Part shown: piece by piece, positions 1 through 12,425 of the stretch
Numbering within the stretch: position 1 is the first letter of the stretch
Layout: every line of letters begins with the position of its first letter
Assembly: GCF_001194135.2 (NCBI RefSeq)
Contig: NC_068990.1
Span: forward strand, 69,577,198-69,641,197
Direction: 5' to 3'
DNA length: 64,000 nucleotides
Source: Octopus bimaculoides
Lineage: Eukaryota
Notes under the pieces: generated by a model
What the model was told of the DNA's origin: nothing
Database searches by the model: none
Seen by the model: only the letters and a program-made list of their open reading frames with translations
Translations under genes and position numbers: made by a program

Positions 1-113
1 ATATATATATATATATAGTAAGTCCCAAAAAAGAAGAACAACAAACACAAAAAACACAACAGGACGTGGTACATGTAGAGTATTAGCAGACACTCAGGGA
101 AGGAAAGAAAGAT

Positions 114-150
114 TGTTTAATGTTTCGAGCAATGCTCTTCTTCAGAAACA
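114..150 (-). ncRNA. Minimal type I hammerhead motif (PLE-type), slightly degenerate
   Basis: Minus strand UGUUU-CUGAAGA-A-GAGC(AUU)GCUC-GAAAC-AUU-AAACA: 5-bp stem I, 4-bp stem II, very short stem III (AACAUU, one change from the palindrome AACGUU). Confidence 0.6.
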
Positions 151-409
151 GAGGTAAGTCCTATAGAAAGGAAGACGAAAGAAGAAAATCGCCAACGATT
201 CACATGTGGTTACGTAGGCACACACACATATATAGGCTGTGTGCAGTAGAAAAATCTTCCGTTGCCGTGATTTTAGGCTGATGGTGATACCATTTCCATG
301 AAGCTAATGTTTAATAACCGTTTCTTTTCAATCACCATTATGGTTTGAACTGTGTTTGCTGTTGAAACATTCATCACGAACAGTGAATATAGGAGTTTTT
401 TTGCTACAC

Positions 410-481
<72 letters not shown>

Positions 482-896
482 ATTGCTTGCTGAGTGATGC
501 TTATACATTCTATAGAATTATGATGATCCAGCTATGAGATAATATCTAAGTAATGTGCTTAGAAGCAGTAGCTTATCTTATTTATTGCGTTTCATAAGAT
601 TTTTTATTGGTAGGTGAGAAGACAAGTTTTCGAGACGGGATGGTTATTATAACTTGTAATGAATTATCTGTCTATTTGATTATGCTTGTGCTTGGTGTTA
701 ACATTGCAAGTATGAGAAAGGATTTCAACATTTGGAACAGATTTTGAACAACATCCCTATAAGCATACACATATACATGCATGACATGTGTCTGTATATA
801 TACATGTATGTATATTTACATAATGTTTAGCCTTTATCTCTCTGTCTCTGTCTCTCTCTTTGTCTCTGTCTCTCTCTCTGTCTCTCTCTGTCTGTC

Positions 897-957
<61 letters not shown>

Positions 958-1042
958 GGACGTGTGTGTGTATTTATATGCATGTATGTGTGTGAATTAT
1001 ATATCTATGTGTATATGCATATACACATATACATATATATAT

Positions 1043-1095
<53 letters not shown>

Positions 1096-1111
1096 CACAC
1101 GCATGCACGCA

Positions 1112-1144
<33 letters not shown>

Positions 1145-2094
1145 ACGCATACACACACAGTGAAAGTATTTTCGTAACTAGAACCGCTGAAGGAAGATAA
1201 GGAATGGGTTAATGAGATGTTAACTTGGCGGGGAGATAATTGTTGAAATGGGATGGATTCTGTTTGCTGAAAATTTTAAAAAGCACATCCAAATAACATA
1301 TATATATATTCTGTTCATAATTATATGAGAACAAGGGAGAAGACTTTTCATATTTGTAGGTTTACAACACAAGGGAGACAACTTCAAATTGTTAGACGTT
1401 TCTTTCTATAGTTTTAATAAAGTCATACTTCCCTACATTAACGCATCTATTCATCATCGATAAGTTCTGTTAAAGCAGATTCGAATATGAAGATGCTAAT
1501 CGCTGTTGTTTCTCGTCATCTGAGAACGTCTTCCTTTTGACGATGTCTTCATAACACTCTACTCATTGATGTAAGTGGGCTTTGAGATACTGTTGCGTTT
1601 CGGCCTTATTGTGTGTCTCTTCAGTTAAGTCTATCCCCGGACAACGAATCTAACACGAGTACAGAATCTTGTCTATTAATATCAACGAATAAATAATTTG
1701 TTGATATGTACTGATGTATGCCAAACAAATAATCATCCTTGGGGGTGCTCGCAGAACAACAGGAATCCATTCAAGTACATTTCGGACGTAAATATCTGAT
1801 CCCTGTTGTTTTTCATCATCAGAGAACATCTCCTCTCATTGGACGATGTGTGTTCAGAACATATGCGATTCACCAGTGTAAGGGAACATTCCTTAACCTC
1901 ACTAACTCTCTTTCTCTCTCCCCTCTCTCTTTTTTCTCTCTGTGTCTGTCTGTCTGTCTCCCCCCCCCTCTCTCTCTCTCTCTCTCTCGCGAATTCCCTC
2001 CCACAGTGTGGCATAGAGTGGGTTTTCAGCACCCCAAGCAAGACAAGTATTGTAGAGAGGGTGCGCTATTTTTTATTGATTAGTACAACTTACT

Positions 2095-3011
2095 TCTGAA
2101 AGTTTTGAATGATATTTACCTCGGTGGACGCGCAATGAGATATCTAGAACAAAACCCCATCGTTGGTGACTCAGCTAGATTCAAAACTGATTGCAAAGAT
2201 TTTTAATAGAATTATGCTTTCAAATAAAAATGCGCTTTCCTCTCGATGAAGCTGGAGTATTTGCCCTCTTACAAATACTTGATCCAAAAGTAGCGCGCGA
2301 GCTCACTAACTCTCCACAGTCGATAATTCCCTTGGTATCAAACGTTCCAGCAATTGCACTAGAAAACACACTTGATGAACTAGACGATGAGTGGAGATTA
2401 TTTCAGCAATATAAAGATAGTCTTGTTTCCTCAAAAAGCATCCTTGAGTTCAGGTATTCCATACGCAATTTTAAAGACGGGCTTGACCACACTAAATTTG
2501 AGAGGTTGTCACAATTCATTTGACGGTGTTACCTCATTCTTCAGCGTGCATGGAGCGCATATTTTCCCAAGTAAATTGCACAAAGACAAAGTTCATCAAT
2601 AGGTTGAAGGCCGAAACGGTCACCGATCGTCTACTCGCTCAACAAGCAATTACAAGAAAGGGAGCGTCATGCATTTCTTCGGAGCCGAACGCTAAACTTA
2701 TTAAAGATGTAGTGGATGGGTCTTGTCATCGTAGATATATGCGTAGATTGAACTTCAAAAAGGAAGAAAATGAGTCTATCACCATTCAAGGAGTGAATGA
2801 AGATGATGTGGATATGTACGAAATTGACAATTAGCTGCCATATGACATAAAGTAAGTATTAAATTCTGTATTCATTTTGTCATATAGTATATTTTATCAT
2901 TACATTACCAATTATATACCTGTTTTCTAACATCTGGGTTTATAAAATAGGATCTGGCTTTTTTGTAGCTAATAATCTGGGTGCTTTATTATTTGATGAG
3001 TGGCAACCTTG
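2095..3011 (+). mobile_element. hAT DNA transposon relic (3' part of transposase plus right terminus)
   Basis: Frameshifted translation LNDIYLG...IELCFQIKMRFPL...LDELDDEWR...VLPHSSACMERIFSQVNCTKTKFINRL (hAT C-terminal dimerisation motif). Ends in TGGCAACCTTG, reverse complement CAAGGTTGCCA, a hAT-like TIR. Confidence 0.85.
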
Positions 3012-3235
3012 GTCCGAGGTGCGCGTAGAGCAACGAAACCGTTCTGCATGCACTCGTTCAGTGTCCGGTAATTGCTGACTTGTGGAGTTATGTCGAACAG
3101 CGACTGTTGCGTGTGGGACGGATCCGTCTGTCATCCGAGTCCATAGAGATGATTGCCCCGCCTCCCTCCTTTAATCGGGCGGGCAAGGCAGTTTTTCTTT
3201 GCCTGGTTGCTGTGGCGAAAGAGGTTCTCGGGTAT

Positions 3236-3365
3236 AGGCGGCGAGCTGGCAGAAACGTTAGCACGCCGGGCGAAATGCTTAGCGGTATTTCGTCTGCCGT
3301 TACGTTCTGAGTTCAAATTCCGCCGAGGTCGACTTTGCCTTTCATCTTTCCGGGGTCGATAAATT
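3236..3365 (+). mobile_element. tRNA-derived SINE family A
   Basis: GGCGGCGAGCTGGCAGAAACGTTAGC...GAGTTCAAATTCCGCCGAGGTCGACTTTGCCTTTCATC; A/B-box-like motifs; about 20 copies in the window. Confidence 0.9.
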
Positions 3366-3949
3366 NNNNNNNNNNNNNNNNNNNNNNNNNNNNNNNNNNN
3401 NNNNNNNNNNNNNNNNNNNNNNNNNNNNNNNNNNNNNNNNNNNNNNNNNNNNNNNNNNNNNNNNNNNNNNNNNNNNNNNNNNNNNNNNNNNNNNNNNNNN
3501 NNNNNNNNNNNNNNNNNNNNNNNNNNNNNNNNNNNNNNNNNNNNNNNNNNNNNNNNNNNNNNNNNNNNNNNNNNNNNNNNNNNNNNNNNNNNNNNNNNNN
3601 NNNNNNNNNNNNNNNNNNNNNNNNNNNNNNNNNNNNNNNNNNNNNNNNNNNNNNNNNNNNNNNNNNNNNNNNNNNNNNNNNNNNNNNNNNNNNNNNNNNN
3701 NNNNNNNNNNNNNNNNNNNNNNNNNNNNNNNNNNNNNNNNNNNNNGTATCAGGATGCCCCCACCCATCACAGTTGCTTTTTATTATTGCCGTATATTGTG
3801 TGTTATTTTTCATTTTTCTTTTGTCATTCCATTATATGCAAACCCCCACATTTTATGTCTGTCTTTGTATTTTCCCCCTCATTCTTCGCCCTGATGGCAA
3901 ATAAAAGAAATCATTATTGTTATAAAAGTTTCAGTTGCAATATTGCTTT

Positions 3950-4157
3950 CAAAATTTTGCACAAGGCCAGCAAGTTCGGGGGAAGGGGGTAAATCGATTC
4001 TATTGACTCCAGAGCTCAAGTGGTACTTATCTTATCGACGACCCCGAAAGGATGAAAGGCAAAGTCAACCGCGGCAGAATTTGAACTCAGAACGTAAAGT
4101 CGGTCGAAATGCCGCTAAGCATTTTGTCCGGCATGCTAACGATTTTGCCAGCTCGCC
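3950..4157 (-). mobile_element. SINE family A
   Basis: Reverse-complement match to the family A consensus. Confidence 0.88.
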
Positions 4158-4189
4158 GAGTTTTTGTTGTAATTATTGCTACAACCGCT

Positions 4190-4715
4190 GCGTCATCAAT
4201 ATCATCACAACTATCACCATCACCACCACAACAACAACGGTAATAACAATAACAACAACAGCAACAACATGACAATCGACAGTAGAATGTCAAATAAAGT
4301 GAGAATGATAAGTTTTGTTTGTGGTTCTATAAAGAGATTCGAGATAAGAGTGGTGCAGGGGAGGTTGGCGATAGGAGGTGTTGGTGGAGGGGGATGGAGG
4401 TGGCGGTGATGGTGGTGGTGGTGGTGGTGGTGGTGGCGACGGCGGTATTGGTGTGGGAGTAGTGCTGGTGATGGTGGTAGCGATGCTGATGGTTTTGTTG
4501 TTGTTGGTGTTGTTGTTCGTGGTTGTGGTGGTGGTGGTGGTGGTGACAGCGACGGTATTGGTGTTGGTGTTGGTGTTGGTGGTGCTAATGATGGTAGGAA
4601 CGGTGTTGTTGTTGTTGTTGGTGGTGGGGTGGGGTGGGGGTGATTGTGATGCGTGTGATTTTAACAATGGTGGTGTTAGTGGAAGCAGCCGTAGTCGTGG
4701 TGATGCTGATTTCAG
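4190..4715. repeat. Compound trinucleotide low-complexity tract (CAC/CAA, then GGT/GTT)
   Basis: Directly visible; the source of spurious poly-G/V/T ORFs. Confidence 0.9.
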
Positions 4716-6678
4716 AAGATGTCTTAGTAATGTAGTAATAAATGGCAGAATTGCTAACAGTGTTGCTAACGCATGGTATTAGTGCTAATAGTGTTGTTAA
4801 CCTATGGTGTTTACTACTGAAAGTGTTGCTAAGATGCGGCTTTAGTGTTAGCAGAGTTGCTGAGGTGTAGAGTGTAATTGTTGCAAGTAACTAATTATTG
4901 GGTTTATGTTACCGTGTCTCTGACACGGGGAAATATTGATCGGCTTCTCATCCTCTTAACCCCATGAAACAACAAGTGAGGAATGGTCCTTAAGGAATAC
5001 AGTAATTTGACTAATGTTCATGTATTTAAATGCAAGGGGTAGCAATATGATAAATAGAAATTGTCAGTTCTGTTGACTAGTGGTGACGGTAGTCCTTAGG
5101 GGATTATTTAGTAAAAGATCAGCTCTGATGGAACAGTCCTAAAATAAAAGACATTCCAGCAATGGCCATCCCATTTGTTTTTAATTTTCAGCTATTATTT
5201 ATATCCCGAACTACATTATCTGATTTGTTCCTCTTTTCTTATGACGATAAATTTGAGGAGGATTTCACAACTATTCGTAGCAAACCTAGCAGCCAAATAG
5301 AGGTTCCTCTGTTTCGTTGAAAGCGGTATATATACCAGTATTATTACTGATGTTGATCTTGTTCAGATTGTGGAGCTGTTGTTATTATTATTTAACCCCA
5401 GGTCAGCCTACATCCAGCAGACAAAGGAATCTAGACCCTCAAACTATTTCAATCAATTTTTCTTTCTCGGACATAGCATATCTACAACTACATTGTTTAA
5501 AGGTTTAAAGCGTCCTTCCTCTTCCCAAAACATAGCATATAATTTGAAAATCATTTGGCTATTATGTGTAGCAGGCTGAATAACGTGTTAAAAATATCAA
5601 ATCCTTTGTTGCCTTGATGAGGAGTAGTTCCTATTTCGGTTTAGACCAGCCTATGGTGAAAGTCAATCCAGCAGAGACAATCCAGTGTTTTATTTAAGCA
5701 CAGTTTATACACTGTCGAATATTTCTTACATTTATTAATTTATTTCTTAGACGGTATAGTATCATTTGAAGGAAATTTGGCTGCTGTTTCTAGCAGACTG
5801 AGTGTTTGCAGATAGATTTTGTTACTCCGCTTTGTTCAGAATGTTGCTGCTAGCATGGATCCCATCATCCTTACAGCGTTAATCCCCACCCCTACACAAA
5901 ATCTTTGCAACGAAGATCTGTCAACAACCCTAGCAACTGTCCCTGACTTTATAAACCCATTCCTTATTCCATTTACTTTGTTCCGTTTTGCCTCGTTTCC
6001 CTTCTCGGTGAAATCCCGAAGGATGAGCATAGTCATCTTCTTATGTCTGATTAACAACTGCTACACTAAGGCAATGAACTCTTCTACCACACGCGCGCAC
6101 GCATTCATACACACATTATTAAATTATTGTATTTAGTGAATAAATTTTAGTGCATGTTGTAGTCAACAGTGAGGTTTTACAGTAAAAGAATTATCATATT
6201 TCACTGGATAGGGCCGGTTTTCGCTGTTGTTTCCCAATCAAAGTTCAAAGTGGGTGTAAACACACTTTGAACTTTGATATGCAGTCGAACCACTGCAGGA
6301 TCCTCAACACTACTATCTCAGAAAGAAAAAACACCTTGAATAATATGGTTCTGAGTGCAATGTGCCTGGACAAAAGGTGGATTAGTCACTGCTAGAATAT
6401 CTTTTATCGTAGAGTCGATCAGGGTCGACCAGAGGTTAAACAGTACCAACAAAGCACTCTCTAGAGACAAATAAGGAATGTCAAATCGATCGTTTGATCT
6501 GCAGGACAAGGCAGTCAAATCCCTTTCAAACTACATTCAACTGTTTTAAAAAAGAAGGACACATTAAATAGTGCAGTCCAGATTAGGAAACAGTAGTATA
6601 TAATTTGGTCGACTCCGTCCTGGAAAGACAATACTGTGAAGGCTGGAACGCCTTTATAAGGTTGTTTTAGTCAAAGGA

Positions 6679-7066
6679 GGGATCTTTTTGGTTTTACGGG
6701 CAACATTTTTCATTTATGTTTTATGTAGTGTTTTTGGTACCGAAACACTTTCAAACTTCGTATACTTGTATATTTTGTGTTATAGAACAGATAAAAATTT
6801 TTGTATTCGAAGTTATTTCATGTAAAAAGTTGAATATGTTGTTTACATTCTACGGCAGTAATTGTTTTCACCTCAATAGACGTCAGTGATTGGTTGAAAT
6901 TACACAAATACGACAACTTTAACATGAAATAACTTATTAAGAACTAATTTTTGTTAAGAAGGCTAAGAGAAAAAGATGTTTTATATGACACATTCTACCA
7001 GTATCCCAAGTTTGAAAGTGTTTCGTTAAGAAAACAAGTGTTGCCCGTCAAACCAAAAAAAATCCC
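6679..7066. mobile_element. MITE with long imperfect TIRs (GGGAT...ATCCC) and 6-bp TSD AAAGGA
   Basis: GGGATCTTTTTGGTTTTACGGGCAACA matches the reverse complement of the right end. Inner IR CGAAACACTTTCAAACTT. AAAGGA at 6673-6678 and 7067-7072. Confidence 0.85.
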
Positions 7067-7139
7067 AAAGGAGACTATACAATAAAGTCACAGGTGTGTT
7101 GGTCACAGGTGGAATGCTTTATATTACACATCTAAAAGG

Positions 7140-7558
7140 CAATGTCTGTGAGATTAAAAAGCTCACTTTACAATAATGTGGCCTGGGGTTCATTCTCACT
7201 GGACGACGATACCTTGTATGTGTTTCTGCTATAGTCCAAGGTCGACCAGTGCCTTGTGAGTGAATTTGGTAGAGCGGAAATTGTGTAGAAGCCCATCGTA
7301 GAAATACGTGTGCGTGTGCGTGTGTGTGTCTTTGTGTCTGCGTTTGTCGACCCCCCACACACACACTTATTGACATCCGTTGTTGGTTTCTTTACGTCCC
7401 TGTAATATAGCCGCTCGGCAAAAAGAAACCGATAGAATAAGTACTAGATTTTAAAATAAAAATAAGTACAGCAACGATGTTTTCGATTTAAAACCCCTTC
7501 AAAGTGGCCCCTCAGCATGGCTACGGTTCAGTGATTAAAACGAGTGAAAGAAAAGAGC
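7140..7558 (+). mobile_element. tRNA-derived SINE family B (old copy)
   Basis: CCTTGTGAGTGAATTTGGTAGA..GGAAA body, internal (TG)n, and 3' CAGCATGGC...AAAAGAG. Confidence 0.8.
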
Positions 7559-7595
7559 AGCACGCACTTTTGCCCAACAGACATTCATATAGAAG

Positions 7596-7672
<77 letters not shown>

Positions 7673-8139
7673 NNNNNNNNNNNNNNNNNNNNNNNNNNNN
7701 NNNNNNNNNNNNNNNNNNNNNNNNNNNNNNNNNNNNNNNNNNNNNNNNNNNNNNNNNNNNNNNNNNNNNNNNNNNNNNNNNNNNNNNNNNNNNNNNNNNN
7801 NNNNNNNNNNNNNNNNNNNNNNNNNNNNNNNNNNNNNNNNNNNNNNNNNNNNNNNNNNNNNNNNNNNNNNNNNNNNNNNNNNNNNNNNNNNNNNNNNNNN
7901 NNNNNNNNNNNNNNNNNNNNNNNNNNNNNNNNNNNNNNNNNNNNNNNNNNNNNNNNNNNNNNNNNNNNNNNNNNNNNNNNNNNNNNNNNNNNNNNNNNNN
8001 NNNNNNNNNNNNNNNNNNNNNNNNNNNNNNNNNNNNNNNNNNNNNNNNNNNNNNNNNNNNNNNNNNNNNNNAGAGGGAGAGGGATAAAGAAAGGAAAGGA
8101 GGAAGTGTGTATGTGTGTGAAATATAGATAGATAGATAA

Positions 8140-8224
<85 letters not shown>

Positions 8225-9198
8225 GGGCGAGAGATAGAGAGAGAGAGAGAGAAAGTGAGAGGGTGAGGAGTAGAGCTGGTGGGAATGTATATAAAACAGG
8301 AGAGAAATAGATATAAATCATAGCAGAAATATAAACTAGTATAAAACTTTCAGAATCTTGTGGGAAACCGTGCTGGCTGGAAGAAAGAGTGCTTTTTCCA
8401 GCTTCGGAAAAACAGAAAAAGAAACCAACAGAATAACAATCTTCCTGCAAGCCACTATTGCGCGAATTTTCTCATATTTTGCAGGGGGAAAACACAGTGC
8501 AGCGTTATCCAATGTGTCGTTCATTTTCTAAGGTCGTGGAGGGTGATTTGAGGGAGGTTTAGCTACTCTTCTTAACAGGCTAAGCAACTGCGTAGCATCT
8601 ACTTCGTTAACTCATGGCAGCGGTGTTTGTTACAAACATAGAATAGGATATGAAGCTACATTTGAAATAGTAAAGACCCGAACTAAGTTCAGTAGAGTCG
8701 TTAGAATGGAAATCTAAGTAGAGCCCCCTTTAGTTGTTCTTTATTGCCCATCGTAGTTGGGTTAGTTAAATGTCAAGTAATCACCCCTAACCAGCACAAA
8801 CTAACACAAGAAAAAAAATAAGCACACCAACGGTGGTTTTATCCTTTCTTTTAATATAGAGCAATCTGCAATGAGGAAAGAGCTATGGTTACTAAAAGGA
8901 ATCTTTCCTTCCAAACAACGACCACTACAACAAAAACAACAGCAATAATAATAATTCTTTCTACTAAAAACACAAAGCCTAACAACAATGATATTAAGAA
9001 CGAGAACAAGAATAAGAATATTCTTTTCTTCTGCTGTTTTCGCTTAGCGTTTGTTTCACGAGTGAAATAAAAGCTAAATGTTTTGATAAAAGATTGCCAT
9101 ACATTTGTATGTATGTGTGTATGTATGTATGTATGTGCGTATGTTTGTGTGTATGAGTATATCTTTGCATGAGTATGTGTGTATAAGTATATTATATA

Positions 9199-9494
9199 GG
9201 CGCAGGAGTGGCTGTGTGGTAAGTAGCTTGCTTACCAACTACATGGTTCCGGGTTCAGTCCCACTGCGTGGCATCTTGGGCAAGTGTCTTCTACTATAGC
9301 CTCGGGCCGACCAAAGCATTGTGAGTGGATTTGGTAGACGGAAACTGAAAGAAGCCTGTCGTATATATGTATATATATATATATATATCTATCTATATAT
9401 ATATATATATGTATGTGTGTATGTGTTTGTGTGTCTGTGTTTGTCCCCCCAACATCGCTTGACAACCGATGCTGGTGTGTTTATGTCCCCGTAA
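9199..9494 (+). mobile_element. SINE family B (young copy, runs into a gap)
   Basis: GGCGCAGGAGTGGCTGTGTGGTAAGTAGCTTGC...GGGTTCAGTCCC; nearly identical to 63801-64000. Confidence 0.92.
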
Positions 9495-10659
9495 NNNNNN
9501 NNNNNNNNNNNNNNNNNNNNNNNNNNNNNNNNNNNNNNNNNNNNNNNNNNNNNNNNNNNNNNNNNNNNNNNNNNNNNNNNNNNNNNNNNNNNNNNNNNNN
9601 NNNNNNNNNNNNNNNNNNNNNNNNNNNNNNNNNNNNNNNNNNNNNNNNNNNNNNNNNNNNNNNNNNNNNNNNNNNNNNNNNNNNNNNNNNNNNNNNNNNN
9701 NNNNNNNNNNNNNNNNNNNNNNNNNNNNNNNNNNNNNNNNNNNNNNNNNNNNNNNNNNNNNNNNNNNNNNNNNNNNNNNNNNNNNNNNNNNNNNNNNNNN
9801 NNNNNNNNNNNNNNNNNNNNNNNNNNNNNNNNNNNNNNNNNNNNNNNNNNNNNNNNNNNNNNNNNNNNNNNNNNNNNNNNNNNNNNNNNNNNNNNNNNNN
9901 NNNNNNNNNNNNNNNNNNNNNNNNNNNNNNNNNNNNNNNNNNNNNNNNNNNNNNNNNNNNNNNNNNNNNNNNNNNNNNNNNNNNNNNNNNNNNNNNNNNN
10001 NNNNNNNNNNNNNNNNNNNNNNNNNNNNNNNNNNNNNNNNNNNNNNNNNNNNNNNNNNNNNNNNNNNNNNNNNNNNNNNNNNNNNNNNNNNNNNNNNNNN
10101 NNNNNNNNNNNNNNNNNNNNNNNNNNNNNNNNNNNNNNNNNNNNNNNNNNNNNNNNNNNNNNNNNNNNNNNNNNNNNNNNNNNNNNNNNNNNNNNNNNNN
10201 NNNNNNNNNNNNNNNNNNNNNNNNNNNNNNNNNNNNNNNNNNNNNNNNNNNNNNNNNNNNNNNNNNNNNNNNNNNNNNNNNNNNNNNNNNNNNNNNNNNN
10301 NNNNNNNNNNNNNNNNNNNNNNNNNNNNNNNNNNNNNNNNNNNNNNNNNNNNNNNNNNNNNNNNNNNNNNNNNNNNNNNNNNNNNNNNNNNNNNNNNNNN
10401 NNNNNNNNNNNNNNNNNNNNNNNNNNNNNNNNNNNNNNNNNNNNNNNNNNNNNNNNNNNNNNNNNNNNNNNNNNNNNNGAAGAAAGAAAGTAATGAAATG
10501 GAACTGATGCTTCCATTTCATTAAACATGGAAGATGCTCTTTAGAATGTTTTCTTTTGGGTGGAAGTGAGGAATAAGATGTTATAGGATTAGGATTTTAA
10601 GATTGAACTAACTGAACCAAAATGATGATGTCTCTATTAATTAATTTAACTAATTTTGG

Positions 10660-11265
10660 TACACACACAGCGCGATGGGTAAATAGTCGCCATTTTATAT
10701 TTTTCATTTCGCGCATGCGCATTGTTTGTTTTTGATTTTGTCGACAACACAGTATAGTAGAGTCAGTTGGGCACCGTCTGTGAAAAAGCAGCACCATGAC
10801 GCAATTCACTCTGCCAGTAATTTGGAACCGACAAGCTGTACTGCTTGGCATTCGCGCCGGAAGCTCCAATACGAACATTTTAGAGTGTTTGGATGTCAAT
10901 CTGGGAACAATGCAGAAGATTCAGAAAGAGTTGGATGAGTCTAATGGTGATTACGTAGGTACGGCAGATAGGAAAACTCACTCTGATCGTTCTGAATTTG
11001 TTGGTGAGACCCAGGTCGTGATTGACCCTCCAAATCCCTCCAAATCAATCAGGTCCATCGCCAGGGATATGAGAATATCTGAGTTTCTTATCAGTGCATG
11101 AAGACATTCGGTATTCCTCATGAAAGATGAGAAATGGCCAATTTTTATCCCAAGTCATCAAGGACAAGAGGAAAGACCACACTACGAAGATTTTCAACAA
11201 ACTCAAGCATCCCCTCCAACCGAACATGCTTTGGTGTTTTTCAGACGAGAAAAATTTCTGCCAGG
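10660..11265 (+). mobile_element. Tc1/mariner transposon 5' fragment (HTH region and first catalytic Asp), truncated by a SINE
   Basis: MTQFTLP...SKSIRSIARDM..SEFLI / HEDIRY...GQFLSQ...KIFNKLKHPLQPNMLWCFSDEKNFCQ across frameshifts. SDEK motif typical of Tc1/mariner. Confidence 0.8.
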
Positions 11266-11380
11266 GAGGATGATAGACAAAGTCGACCTCGGCAGAGTTT
11301 GAACACAAAACGTAAAGACAGACAAAATGCCGCTAAGCATTTTCTTCCACATGCTAACAATTCTACCAGCTTGCCGCCTT
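11265..11380 (-). mobile_element. SINE family A (5' half)
   Basis: Reverse-complement match. Confidence 0.82.
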
Positions 11381-11382
11381 TT

Positions 11383-11425
<43 letters not shown>

Positions 11426-11443
11426 CAAGGATGGTGATTATTA

Positions 11444-11557
<114 letters not shown>

Positions 11558-11612
11558 TGTTTTCATCTTGTGGCTAATGAAGAAATACATAATAATTATT
11601 ATCGTTCTTGAA

Positions 11613-11835
11613 AGGCGGCGAGTTGGCAGACTCGTTAGCACACCGAGCCACATGCTTGGCAGCATTTCACCCGTCTTTAAATTCTGAGTTCAAATTCCGC
11701 CGAGGTCGACTTTGTCTTTCATCCTTTCTGGGGTCAATGAAATAAGTACCAGTTACGCACTGGAGTCGATGTCATCGACTAGCCCTCTTCCCCCAAAATT
11801 TCAACCTTTGTGTCCATAGTAAAAAGGATTATTAC
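11613..11835 (+). mobile_element. SINE family A
   Basis: Full head, body and tail match. Confidence 0.88.
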
Positions 11836-11844
11836 TGTTGTTGG

Positions 11845-12425
11845 AAAGGTGACGAGCCGGACAAAATACTCAGCGGCATTTCTTCTGGCTCTACGTCCTG
11901 AGTTCAAATGCCACCCCAGGTTGACTTTGTCTTTCATCCTTTCGGGGTTGTTGTTGCTAGCACTCCGTCGCTTACGACGTCGAGGGTTCCAGTTGATCCG
12001 ATCAACGGAACAGCCTGCTCGTGAAATTAACGTGCAAGTGGCTGAGCACTCCACAGACACGTGTACCCTTAACGTAGTTCTTGGGGATATTCAGCGTGAC
12101 ACAGTGTGGCAAGGCTGACGCTTTGAAATACAGGCACAACAGAAACAGGAAGTAAGAGTGAGAGAAAGTTGTGGTGGAAGAGTACAGCAGGGTTCGCCAC
12201 CATCTCCTGCCAGAGCCTTGTGGAGCTTTAGGTGTTTTCGCTCAATAAACACTCACAACGCCCGGTCTGGGAATCGAAACCGCGATCCTATGACCGCGAG
12301 TCCGCTGCCCTAACCACTGGGCCATTGCGCCTCTACATTTCGGGGTCAATAAAATAAGTATCAGTCAAACACTGAGGTCGATGATATCAACTTACTCCTT
12401 CTACAATTTACTGACCTTGTACCAA
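11845..12425 (+). mobile_element. SINE family A split by a nested SINE (parts 11845-11947 and 12338-12425)
   Basis: Family A sequence stops at CATCCTTTCGGGG and resumes at TTTCGGGGTCAATAAAATAAGTA. Confidence 0.8.
11948..12337 (-). mobile_element. tRNA-derived SINE family C with (CAA)n tail and 8-bp TSD TTTCGGGG
   Basis: Minus head GGCGCAATGGCCCAGTGGTTAGGGCAGCGG...GGTTTCGATTCC; TTTCGGGG at 11940-11947 and 12338-12345. Confidence 0.9.

Noticed and set aside
3012-3235. GC-richer segment with ARPIKGGR resembling a non-LTR thumb motif on the minus strand
   Set aside because: Too short and frame-broken to support a call.
11948-12337. tRNA gene calls for SINE heads (families A, B, C)
   Set aside because: No complete cloverleaf; the heads continue into shared non-tRNA bodies and are multi-copy retroposons.
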